Assembly: GCF_037902255.1 (NCBI RefSeq)
Contig: NZ_CP147990.1
Location: forward strand, 4,500,001-4,532,000
DNA: 32,000 nt
Direction of reading: 5' to 3'
Origin: Candidatus Electrothrix sp. GW3-4
GTDB lineage: Bacteria > Desulfobacterota > Desulfobulbia > Desulfobulbales > Desulfobulbaceae
Of the stretch, positions 23,653 to 32,000 are shown piece by piece. Both the position numbers and the translations under genes were made by a program. Below the pieces are notes generated by a model. That model did no database searches and was not told the origin of the DNA. It was given only the letters and a program-made list of their open reading frames with translations. Numbering within the stretch: the stretch's first letter is position 1; the number at the start of each line of letters is the position of its first letter.

Positions 23653-24306
23653 TCAGGAAGATGCTGTTGTGCCGCTCACTGCGGCGTGAGCCAATCGGGT
23701 TATAGCAGACCAATTCCCCTGGCCAATCATCTCTGACGGGACAAGCCAGGATCCCCCGACACAGGCAACATTTTTGAGGGCAAGATATTCGCGGTAGTTG
23801 TGTGGGCCAATCCCGCCCGTGGGACAGAAACGTACCTGGGGAAAAGGCCCATGCAAGGATTTGAGCATCTGTATCCCACCCGCTGCCTGGGCCGGGAAGA
23901 ACTTCAATGCAGTCAGGCCCGCCTCTAGGGCCTCCATTAACTCAGAGGCGCTCGCCACCCCAGGAAGCAGGGGGATGGATTCCTGATCAGCAGCAGCAAG
24001 GAGGCGCTGGGTCAGGCCCGGACTGATGGCAAACTGCCCTCCGGCCTCTGCCACGGCCTGGAGATCCTGCCCCGAAAGCACGGTCCCTGCCCCAACCAAG
24101 ACCTCGGGCACCTCTGCCCCAATCCGTTGGATAGCCTCCAGGGCCGCATCACTGCGCAGGGTTATTTCCAGCACCTTAATCCCGCCAGCCAGCAGGGCCT
24201 GGGCCAGGGGGACCGCATGAGCAGGATTGTTGATCACAATCACCGGGATAACCGGCCCAGCCAGCAAGACATCTTGGGCAGAAATCGCTTCTCTCTTCTT
24301 CTCCAT
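23653..24306 (-). CDS. eda: KDPG / KHG aldolase
   Basis: Collinear with E. coli Eda as I recall it: GPVIPVIVI...AVPLAQALLAGGIKVLEITLRS...VGAGTVL...GGQFAISPGLT...KFFPA...GGI...VRFCPTGGI...YLAL...GGSWLVP. The start is ATG 24306, with AAGGGAG upstream, 14 nt after the edd stop. Confidence 0.9.
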   Translation of the reverse strand: MEKKREAISAQDVLLAGPVIPVIVINNPAHAVPLAQALLAGGIKVLEITLRSDAALEAIQRIGAEVPEVLVGAGTVLSGQDLQAVAEAGGQFAISPGLTQRLLAAADQESIPLLPGVASASELMEALEAGLTALKFFPAQAAGGIQMLKSLHGPFPQVRFCPTGGIGPHNYREYLALKNVACVGGSWLVPSEMIGQGNWSAITRLAHAAVSGTTASS

Positions 24307-24320
24307 CCTTGCACTCCCTT

Positions 24321-26156
24321 TCAGCTCTTTTTTTGCCCGTTTCCTGGCCACAGGGCACTGGCCCCTTCCTCGGCCCCGGAGAGTGCCCTGCGTAGGACAG
24401 AAAAGAGCGGATGGCCCTGGGCCTGATAAGAGATCGTTTGTTCCACAGCCTTGCGTTCCGCCAGCTCTGCTGCAGGGACCTTGAGCTCCAGCAGATTTTT
24501 CCGGGCATCCATGCAGATGAGATCACCATCCTTGACCTTGGCCAGCAGGCCACCTACTGCCGCCTCAGGCGTGCAATGGATAGCAAAGGGAACCTTGCCT
24601 GATGCCCCGGAAAGTCGTCCATCCGTGACCAGCCCGACCTTGTAGCCCTGCTCCATACTGATGGCCAACCAGGTAAGCAATTTGTGGAGCTCCGGCATCC
24701 CATTGGCCCTTGGCCCCTGAAAACGGACCACTGCCACCAGATCCCGCTTGAGCCGTCCGGCCTGAAAGGCCTGTGCCACCTCCTGCTGGTTATGAAAGAC
24801 CATGGCCGGGGCCTCCACCAGGGTCTTCTCCCCCTCAGCCAAGGCAGAGATCTTCATGATCGCCCGGCCCAGGTTACCTGTCAGCAGCTTGATGCCGCTG
24901 ATTGGGGCAAAAGGGTTGCTCAGCGGGGCGATGATAGAGGGATCACGGCTCTGCTCCGGCCCTTTCTGCCAAACGACCCGTCCTTTCTCCAGCACCGGCT
25001 CTTCCAGGTATCGGCTCAGGCCAGGGCCGACCACGGTCTGCACCTCCTCATGGACCAGCCCATCCGCCAGGAGTTCCCGAATCAGTAAGGGCATACCGCC
25101 CGCCTGCTGAAAGGAGTTAATATCTCCTGCGCCGTTGGGATAGATGCGGACCAGCAGGGGCACGACCTGGGAGAGCTGGGCAAAGTCATCCCAGTTGAGC
25201 TGGATACCAGCGGCCTTGGCAATGGCCACCAGGTGCATGGTCTCGTTGGTCGAACCACCGGTTGCCAACAGGCCGACCAGGGCATTGACCACGGATTTCT
25301 CGCTGATAACTCGCCCCAGCGGGATATATGTATCATCCAGCTGGGTATTGCGGACGACTTGGCGGGCAGCGGTCTGGGTCAGGGCCGCCCTCAGTTCGGT
25401 CCCGGCATTGACAAAGGAGGCCCCTGGCAGATGGAGGCCGAGCATCTCCGCAATCAGCTGGTTGGAATTGGCTGTGCCGTAAAAGGTACAGGTCCCTGGG
25501 CTATGGTAGGCCCGACATTCCGAGGCCAGCAGCTCCTTCTGGCCTACCTCGCCCTTGGCAAAACGTTCTCGCACCTGATTCTTTTCCTGATTACCGATGC
25601 CGGATGGCATGGGACCACCGGGAACCAGGATCATAGGCAGGTGGCCGTATTGCAGCCCACCCATGAGCAGGCCGGGCATGATCTTGTCACAGACACCCAG
25701 GAGCAGGGCCCCGTCAAAGACATTATGGGACAGGGCAAGCACCGTGGACAGGGCAATCACGTCCCGGCTCATCAGGCTCAGGTCCATGCCCGGTTCCCCC
25801 TGGGTGACCCCATCGCACATGGCAGGCACGCCGCCAGCGACCTGAGCATTTCCTCCTGCTTCAGCCACTGCCGCCTTGATCAGGTCAGGATAGCCCCCCA
25901 GGGGTTGGTGGGCCGAGACCACGTCGTTATAGGCAGAGATGATCCCGATATTAGGTACCGTATCATCAAGCAGGCCTGCACGACAGGAAGGGCAACCAGC
26001 CAGGTCATGGGCAAGATTGCTGCTGGGCAGCTGCATCCGGAAAGGACCTTCAGCCTGTTTCCCCGCAGCCTGTTCCATCTGCTCAACATAGGCGGTGCGG
26101 GTTTCTTTGCTGCGCTCAATGATACGACGAGTGACCTGCTTGAGTGTTTTATGCAT
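24321..26156 (-). CDS. edd: 6-phosphogluconate dehydratase (IlvD/Edd family)
   Basis: 611 aa: VTRRIIERSKETRTAYVEQME..., SAYNDVVSAHQP..., VAGGVPAMCDGVTQGEPGMDLSLMSRDVIA..., FDGALLLGVCDKIMPGLLMG. It is collinear with E. coli Edd as I recall it. AAGGA lies 7 nt before the ATG. Confidence 0.95.
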   Translation of the reverse strand: MHKTLKQVTRRIIERSKETRTAYVEQMEQAAGKQAEGPFRMQLPSSNLAHDLAGCPSCRAGLLDDTVPNIGIISAYNDVVSAHQPLGGYPDLIKAAVAEAGGNAQVAGGVPAMCDGVTQGEPGMDLSLMSRDVIALSTVLALSHNVFDGALLLGVCDKIMPGLLMGGLQYGHLPMILVPGGPMPSGIGNQEKNQVRERFAKGEVGQKELLASECRAYHSPGTCTFYGTANSNQLIAEMLGLHLPGASFVNAGTELRAALTQTAARQVVRNTQLDDTYIPLGRVISEKSVVNALVGLLATGGSTNETMHLVAIAKAAGIQLNWDDFAQLSQVVPLLVRIYPNGAGDINSFQQAGGMPLLIRELLADGLVHEEVQTVVGPGLSRYLEEPVLEKGRVVWQKGPEQSRDPSIIAPLSNPFAPISGIKLLTGNLGRAIMKISALAEGEKTLVEAPAMVFHNQQEVAQAFQAGRLKRDLVAVVRFQGPRANGMPELHKLLTWLAISMEQGYKVGLVTDGRLSGASGKVPFAIHCTPEAAVGGLLAKVKDGDLICMDARKNLLELKVPAAELAERKAVEQTISYQAQGHPLFSVLRRALSGAEEGASALWPGNGQKKS

Positions 26157-26274
26157 GGTGTTTCCTTAAAATTTCATCAAGAAGAGGTTGAAACGATATG
26201 ATACAACCATGACCAAGGCAGGTTACGGAGAAGAAAAAGGGATAAAGACGGCCTCAGGACATCTACGATATGTC

Positions 26275-26967
26275 CTAGGGTGCCCAATAGACGGTAACCG
26301 GCCTTTGCTGCTGTCGGAGAACAAAACGAATCGGCATTTCCTCTGCCTTACCTTTGGCTCGGGCCTTTGCCAGCACGGCCTTTTTTCCCGAACCCGTTAT
26401 ATGGAGGATAATTTCCTGGGCGTCTAAGAGGGCGGGCAAGGTAAGGGTCATCCGTTCATGGGGGGCATGGGGAGGCGTGACAGCCATGCAGGTCTTGCCG
26501 GAGGTCATGTCCGTGGCTGCTGCAAGCTGGGGTGATCCGGGAAAGAGGGAGGCCGTATGACCATCCGTGCCCATGCCGAGCAGAAGTACGGTAAAAGGCC
26601 GGGGAACCCTGGCCTGTTCCCGCTCACACTGGGCCTCACCTTCTGCTGCCGTGGGAGAGCTATTCTTCAGGCCGACAAAGCTGGCAGCAGCAGCCTGATC
26701 CTGCAAGAGATATCGGCGGACCAGCTGCTCATTCGAAGCAGCATCTGAGGGATCAAGCCAGCGCTCATCAACCAAGGTGATCACCACCTCCTGCCAAGGA
26801 AGAGCTAAGGTGGAAAGCTGCTTGAACAGGGGCTTGGGGGTGGAACCACCGGACACGGCCAGGCTTGTCCACCCATGAGCGGCAATGTTTTTCTCCAAAG
26901 CCTGACCAATACGACGTGCTAACTCGGTAACGAGTGTTTCGGTATCTGGGGCGACGAAGTCTACCAT
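26275..26967 (-). CDS. pgl: 6-phosphogluconolactonase (DevB/Pgl type)
   Basis: LAVSGGSTPKPLF...W..V.ITLVDERW...SN...LLLGMGTDGHTASLFPG. The preferred start is ATG 26967 (MVDFVAPDTETL...), with alternatives at 26994 and 27054. Every candidate start lies inside the 3' end of pilZ. Confidence 0.85.
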   Translation of the reverse strand: MVDFVAPDTETLVTELARRIGQALEKNIAAHGWTSLAVSGGSTPKPLFKQLSTLALPWQEVVITLVDERWLDPSDAASNEQLVRRYLLQDQAAAASFVGLKNSSPTAAEGEAQCEREQARVPRPFTVLLLGMGTDGHTASLFPGSPQLAAATDMTSGKTCMAVTPPHAPHERMTLTLPALLDAQEIILHITGSGKKAVLAKARAKGKAEEMPIRFVLRQQQRPVTVYWAP

Positions 26968-27347
26968 ATACTCAGGTTGGAGCACCGCTCCCATTCCTCT
27001 TCCAGGCTCACCGCCCCCTTTTTCGGAATGAGCTCGCGGAGAAATTTTTTCCATTTTGTCGGAGAACGGATGATCGTAAAGCCCACCTCGACAAAATCAC
27101 CGTGTCTTCGCAGCCAACGGGGCTGCGCCTGAAGTTTAAATGAATCCGCATCAGGACCACCAGCAATCACGACCGTATAGATCTTCTTCTCCACGACAAA
27201 TTTATTCGACAAATCCGTCAAACAGAGGCCTTCTAGCGAGACATCTTCGACAATGGCGTCATATTCATAGGTTCCGTCAGAAATATCAGCGATATACCCT
27301 CTGAGTTTAACCCTGTCCTGCTTGCGAAACTTATTGTCGTACACCAT
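26961..27347 (-). CDS. Stand-alone PilZ-domain protein (c-di-GMP receptor)
   Basis: 128 aa. RxxxR (FRKQDRVKL) is followed about 23 residues later by DxSxxG (EDVSLEGLCL), the two c-di-GMP-binding motifs of PilZ. Confidence 0.75.
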   Translation of the reverse strand: MVYDNKFRKQDRVKLRGYIADISDGTYEYDAIVEDVSLEGLCLTDLSNKFVVEKKIYTVVIAGGPDADSFKLQAQPRWLRRHGDFVEVGFTIIRSPTKWKKFLRELIPKKGAVSLEEEWERCSNLSIW

Positions 27348-27481
27348 AGCCTATCACTGTTGTCTGCCTTACAATGTATATCCCTGTCCGTTTTCTCTTT
27401 GCACCAGCTATCGTGCGACCCGTTCAGCTCTTTGGGAAACGAACGAGGAGACCAGCATCCTTCGCTACAGGATGAATATCC

Positions 27482-28201
27482 TCATGCGTACCGAATTAAC
27501 TCTTTAAAATAATCAATAGACGGATAGCTTGTCGAATAGCAGGCTGGACGCTGGCTGCTTGAGCGGGCAATATGGATCAAATGCCTTAAACCAAATGTGT
27601 CTGCCACCCGCAGAACCTTTTCCGTATCATCGGCCAGCAGGGTCTTCTCAGGGACAAAACCCAACATTTCCTGCAAACGTGGCCAGAACATGGGCTCTTC
27701 CTTGGCAAAACCGACGTCTTCGGCGCAGATAACCCGATCAAACCAAGCTCCGATAGCAGTCTTTTCCAACTTGATGGACAGGGCCTTGGAGTGGGCATTG
27801 GTCACGAGGTAGAGTTTTTTCCGTTTTTTCAGACAAAACTCGAGAAACTCTATCACATAAGGATGAACCCCTATGAGGTGGTTGATCCGCAGCTTTAATT
27901 CCGGCAGGTCAAGCCCCAGAGTATGCGACCAGTATTCAAGATCAGCCCATTGTAACGAGTTCTCCACCGCCTGATAACGAGCCCGCAGCTCCCGGCTTGC
28001 CTCTTCTGTAGAGATGTTATGGAGCAGGCTGTAATGTTCCGGCAGGTAGACCTCCCAGAAATAATCATCAAAATGCTTATCCAGGAGGGTACCATCCATA
28101 TCCAGCATGACCGTCTCGACATCATCCCAGGAAAAATCAGGACCTCTTTTTTCGCCGCAGAGCTGTTCTGCGTTCTCAGCGTATTCTTTTATATCCTGCA
28201 T
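27482..28201 (-). CDS. yrfG: HAD-superfamily phosphatase, YrfG (GMP/IMP nucleotidase)-like
   Basis: DVETVMLDMDGTLLDKHFDDYFW...LQWADLEYWSHTLGLDL...LVTNAH...LEKT...LADDTEKVL. It is collinear with E. coli YrfG as I recall it. The track start at 28228 is TTG; the first ATG is 28201. Confidence 0.8.
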   Translation of the reverse strand: MQDIKEYAENAEQLCGEKRGPDFSWDDVETVMLDMDGTLLDKHFDDYFWEVYLPEHYSLLHNISTEEASRELRARYQAVENSLQWADLEYWSHTLGLDLPELKLRINHLIGVHPYVIEFLEFCLKKRKKLYLVTNAHSKALSIKLEKTAIGAWFDRVICAEDVGFAKEEPMFWPRLQEMLGFVPEKTLLADDTEKVLRVADTFGLRHLIHIARSSSQRPACYSTSYPSIDYFKELIRYA

Positions 28202-28326
28202 AGCCTCTGCCCATCTTGTTTCTGCCAACCAAAAGAGCTCTTCCTTTAGCAGCTCTCGATAATAAGATAATAATATACGATCTAATACAAAAGAGATATG
28301 CTGTCAAACCCGATTTATTGCTTCGG

Positions 28327-31300
28327 TCAACCCTCTTGCCTGCCGAGAAAACCGAGAATTGTATCTATTCGCTGAAACAGATCAGCCTGCTCAGTATGTT
28401 CATCCAGCGCAACGACAAGCCGCTGGTCGGGTGTCAGACGCACCGGTTCCACTGCCGGGGCTGCTGGCACACGTAGGCCCCTAGCCGGATCTGGCTTCTT
28501 CTTTTTTTGCGATTTTTTGGGATGGGACTGCTCAATAAAGGCCAGCAGGGTCTCTGGAGCAACCGGAGAATGTTCCCCAAAGCTGAGGACCAGACTGGCC
28601 GGTCCCTGTTCGAGTTTGGTGATGCCCAGCTGACGGAGCGGATACTTGAGCCCGACCAGCGCAAACAGGCTCTCTGCCTCACGGGGCAAGGCGCCGAAGC
28701 GGTCAATGACCTCATCCCGCAGGTCGGCAAGCAACTCAGGGGCTTCATTGCCTGCCACGGAGAGGCGACGGTAAAGGCGATAGCGCAGAACAGTATCCCG
28801 GACATAGTCATCCGGGAGAAAGGCAGCCACCCGCAGCTTGACATCCGGTTCCAGCGCAGGCGTGGTGATATCTCCCCCTTGCTCTGCCTGCTTTTTCAGG
28901 TCAGCCACTGTGGATTGGAGCAACTCCAGGTAGAGGTCATAGCCCACCGCAGCAATATGGCCGGATTGGGAGACACCGAGCAGATTGCCGCCCCCCCGGA
29001 TCTGGAGGTCATTCATGGCCAGCTTAAAGCCTCCGCCCAGCTCGGAACAATCCATCAGGGCCCGCAGGCGCTGGCCCGCATCCGCTGTCATCTTCTCGGT
29101 GGACGGCACCAGCAGATAGGCATAGGATTGGCGGGAAGAACGCCCGACCCTGCCCCGCAATTGATACATATCAGCAAGCCCGATCCGGTCGGCCCGATTG
29201 ATAATAATGGTGTTGGCATTGGGAATATCCAGGCCAGACTCTATGATGGTGGTGCTGACCAGGATATCCACCTCATGGGTGACAAAATTGACCATGACCT
29301 CTTCCAGATGTTTTCCCGACATCTGGCCATGAGCCACGGCAATGCGGGCATGGGGAACCAGCTGTTCGATCTTTTCCGCGATCCGATGGATGGATTTCAC
29401 CCGGTTATGGACAAAGAAGACCTGGCCTCCGCGTTCCAGCTCCTGTTGCACGGCCTCCCGGATCACCAGATCATCCTGGCGGGCGAGAAAGGTTTTGACC
29501 GAACGCCGCTGGCGAGGTGGGCTGGAGATCACGGAAAGGTCACGAATCCCCAGCAGGGACATCTGCAAGGTCCGGGGAATCGGGGTGGCGGTCAGGGTGA
29601 GGACATCCACGTCGGCCCGCAGTTTCTTGATCTTCTCCTTATGGGAGACCCCGAAGCGGTGTTCCTCATCCACGATGAGCAGACCCAACTTATGGAAGCT
29701 AATCGTTTTGGAGAGCAGGCGATGGGTTCCCACTACCAGATGGATATGCCCCTCTTGCAGATCCTGCACGATCTCCTTCTGCTCCTTGGTGGTGCGAAAG
29801 CGATTGGTACAGGCCACCTGCACATCAAAGCCTGCAAAGCGCTCCCGAAAGGTGGCTGCATGCTGTTCCGCCAGCACCGTGGTGGGCACCAGCACCGCCA
29901 CCTGAAAGCCGTCTTCAATGGCCTTATATGCAGCCCTGACCGCAATCTCGGTCTTGCCATAGCCCACATCGCCGCAGACCAGCCGATCCATGGGCTTATC
30001 TGAACAGAGATCCTTAAGGGTCTCATCAATGGCCTTGGCCTGTCCTTCGGTCTCGTCATAGGGAAAGGACTCTGCCAGCTCCCGGGAGAGGATACCCGGC
30101 TGCTGAAAACAATGGCCCTTGCGCATTTCACGGCGGGCGTAGATGGCCAGTAACTCCTGGGCAACCTGCCAGACTGCCTCAGTGACCTTTTTCTTGGCCG
30201 TCTGCCAGCGTTGAGAGCCCAGCCGATCCAGTTTGGGTTGCTGATCGGTCAGGCCCTGATAGCGGCTGACCCAGTGGAGCTGGTGAACCGGGATGTAGAG
30301 CTTGTCCTGGCCCAGGAACTCAAGGAGCATGAAATCACCGCGCTGCCCGGCAAAATCCATGTTCACCAGGCCCTGGAAGCTGGCCAGACCGTGATCCCGA
30401 TGGACCACGATATCGCCGACAGAGATCTCCTCTAAGGCAATGGGCTCACCCTGGGGCCTGCGCCCCTTCTTTTTGCTGTCACTGCGCAGGCGTTTGTCTC
30501 CAAAGAGCTCGCCAGCCGACAGGATATGCAGCTGCTCTTCCGGCAGATCAAAGCCGTGGGAGAGGGGGTGTTCAACAAGGAGCACCTGCCCAGGATACTG
30601 CTGTTGCAGATCAAGCGGGGTTGTCCCCCGGCCAGTTTGGATACCGTAGCCTGCCAGCATCTCTTCCAGATGCTCTGCCTGCCTGCCGGAACGACAGGCA
30701 AGAACGACCGTGTCTTCGGCCTGCTGCCATTTCAGGAGTCGATCAGCAAGCGGAGCCAGCACCCCTCGTTTTTTTCGTTGCAGCTCTATCTCCTGACGAA
30801 GCAGGGCGTGATCACCGACCCGGTGCAGAATGGGTGGTTCTGGAGCATCCGGGTCAGGGTGGAGACAGAGATTAATCCTTGGCCGCTCTCCGAGGAATCG
30901 ATCAAGCTCTTCCTGTTCCACAAAAAGGGCCTTCGGAAGCAGGGCCAGCCCTTGGGTCGCAGCCTCCTTGTAGTTAGCTGTAATCCGTTCCTGAATCAAG
31001 GCGATCTTGCGGCCCATAGTCACCGGGTCATGCACAAGACAGGGACAGTCAGCAGGGAGATAATCAAACAGGGTCTGGGGGCCAGGATCCTGGTCCTGGT
31101 AAATAAGCGGGAGAAAAAACTCAATTCCTGGAAAACGCATCCGCTCCCGCAGCTGTTGCATGACTTGGCGGAACTCGTCCGAGTCGCTCGGCTTCGGGTT
31201 CAGTTCCTCAAGGGCAAGGTGCAGATCCTGCCGCCATTTTTCCACTCCAGAGGCCTCGGGAAAGAGGACATCAGAGGCAGGGAGGAGGACGGCTTCCTCC

Positions 31301-31938
31301 AGTTCTTCCTCGGAACGCTGGCTGAGTGGATCAAAAAGACGAATGGACTCTACGGTATCGCCAAAGAAGTCAAGGCGGAGAGGGCCTTGCACGGCAGGGC
31401 CGGACGGAGGAGGAAAGAGATCGATAATTCCGCCGCGCACTGCCAGATCACCGGGTTGACGGACTAACTCACAGGACTCGTAGCCCGCATCGATAAGGGC
31501 CGCAATCAGGGCATCCCGATCCGTGTCTTCACCAGCCATAACCAGTTCACAGCTCCTGCTCAGGACCTGTTGGGGGAGAACCCGTCGCAGGATGGCCTCG
31601 ACTGAGGTCAGCACAATGCAGGGATCTGTCTGCTCCTGAAGGAAATAAAGGGTAGCAAGCCGGGCCGCCACAGTAGTCGGATCCGGGGCCAAGGGGGTGT
31701 AGGGGGCTATCTCAAAGGCAGGATAGGTCAGGACCGGAATATCGGTAAAGAGGCGAATATCCCCGGCCAGGGATTCGAGCAGGTCGTCGGAAGGGACAAG
31801 GCAGCAGATGGTCTGCTGCTGTATTTCCTGGAGCCGGGCCGCGAACAGAGCCGCACTGCCTCCGTGCAACCCGCAGATATCCAATCTCTTTCCCTGCCGT
31901 CCCTCGTTATCGGACAGTTGTTTACAAATTGACAGCAT
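28327..31938 (-). CDS. mfd: Transcription-repair coupling factor Mfd
   Basis: 1203 aa. UvrB-homology N-terminus, RNAP-interaction domain, and a superfamily-2 translocase (LVCGDVGYGKTEIAVRAA..., IVDEEHRFGV, ...QLRGRVGRS...). TRG/C-terminal region present. Confidence 0.97.
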   Translation of the reverse strand: MLSICKQLSDNEGRQGKRLDICGLHGGSAALFAARLQEIQQQTICCLVPSDDLLESLAGDIRLFTDIPVLTYPAFEIAPYTPLAPDPTTVAARLATLYFLQEQTDPCIVLTSVEAILRRVLPQQVLSRSCELVMAGEDTDRDALIAALIDAGYESCELVRQPGDLAVRGGIIDLFPPPSGPAVQGPLRLDFFGDTVESIRLFDPLSQRSEEELEEAVLLPASDVLFPEASGVEKWRQDLHLALEELNPKPSDSDEFRQVMQQLRERMRFPGIEFFLPLIYQDQDPGPQTLFDYLPADCPCLVHDPVTMGRKIALIQERITANYKEAATQGLALLPKALFVEQEELDRFLGERPRINLCLHPDPDAPEPPILHRVGDHALLRQEIELQRKKRGVLAPLADRLLKWQQAEDTVVLACRSGRQAEHLEEMLAGYGIQTGRGTTPLDLQQQYPGQVLLVEHPLSHGFDLPEEQLHILSAGELFGDKRLRSDSKKKGRRPQGEPIALEEISVGDIVVHRDHGLASFQGLVNMDFAGQRGDFMLLEFLGQDKLYIPVHQLHWVSRYQGLTDQQPKLDRLGSQRWQTAKKKVTEAVWQVAQELLAIYARREMRKGHCFQQPGILSRELAESFPYDETEGQAKAIDETLKDLCSDKPMDRLVCGDVGYGKTEIAVRAAYKAIEDGFQVAVLVPTTVLAEQHAATFRERFAGFDVQVACTNRFRTTKEQKEIVQDLQEGHIHLVVGTHRLLSKTISFHKLGLLIVDEEHRFGVSHKEKIKKLRADVDVLTLTATPIPRTLQMSLLGIRDLSVISSPPRQRRSVKTFLARQDDLVIREAVQQELERGGQVFFVHNRVKSIHRIAEKIEQLVPHARIAVAHGQMSGKHLEEVMVNFVTHEVDILVSTTIIESGLDIPNANTIIINRADRIGLADMYQLRGRVGRSSRQSYAYLLVPSTEKMTADAGQRLRALMDCSELGGGFKLAMNDLQIRGGGNLLGVSQSGHIAAVGYDLYLELLQSTVADLKKQAEQGGDITTPALEPDVKLRVAAFLPDDYVRDTVLRYRLYRRLSVAGNEAPELLADLRDEVIDRFGALPREAESLFALVGLKYPLRQLGITKLEQGPASLVLSFGEHSPVAPETLLAFIEQSHPKKSQKKKKPDPARGLRVPAAPAVEPVRLTPDQRLVVALDEHTEQADLFQRIDTILGFLGRQEG

Positions 31939-32000
31939 GGTTCCCGTCTTTCCGAAATGTTTCTCTGGTTACATTACTCTTTCCGGCGAAAACCATATTC

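Noticed and set aside
25233-30003. 322-aa (25233-26201) and 498-aa (28507-30003) plus-strand ORFs
   Set aside because: They are antisense to edd and mfd respectively, with no motifs and the same shadow-ORF composition.
1-32000. Mobile elements, prophage, CRISPR arrays, defence islands, tRNA/rRNA
   Set aside because: I found no transposase, integrase or recombinase-like ORF, no terminal inverted repeats, no regularly spaced direct repeats, and no tRNA-like cloverleaf candidates. The SNF2 gene sits in core context and lacks DISARM, Zorya or BREX partners.

Overview
The window reads as a largely housekeeping chromosomal stretch from a Desulfobacterota-type sulfur or sulfate-metabolising anaerobe. 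That assignment is inferred from a reductive-type dsrC together with feoAB, ppiD, dnaE, mfd and der. I support 23 protein-coding genes, 19 on the minus strand. Three are missing from the ORF track: a 5'-partial amino-acid dehydrogenase at the left edge, a 58-aa FeoB-associated Cys-rich membrane protein, and a 53-aa ORF. Left to right: GDH-like (partial), a JAB/MPN protein, and der. Next comes a minus-strand iron locus (feoA-like, Cys-rich small ORF, feoA, feoB, sanA, dtxR-like), then a divergent GGDEF cyclase and a solitary fused hisHF. These are followed by dsrC with a downstream arm-only 'mini-dsrC', ppiD, a roughly 1400-aa SNF2 ATPase and dnaE. An ~0.9-kb region with no convincing gene comes next, then a PPP phosphatase. 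The window ends with an Entner-Doudoroff block (yrfG-like HAD, pilZ, pgl, edd, eda) and mfd. I saw no rRNA, tRNA, CRISPR array, transposase or integrase. The strongest candidate for something undescribed is the 53-aa ORF at 11081-11242. It has its own SD and terminator and encodes only the two-cysteine C-terminal arm of DsrC, derived from a partial duplication of the dsrC 3' end. Secondary points: a stand-alone PilZ receptor whose stop overlaps the pgl start inside the ED operon; a eukaryote-style HisH-HisF fusion; Cys-rich extensions on three iron-locus proteins; and a start-less two-TM reading frame upstream of dnaE. Many starts in the ORF track are the longest GTG/TTG extensions, so I moved several to internal ATGs and say so. 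All homology statements come from reading motifs by eye; no searches were run.
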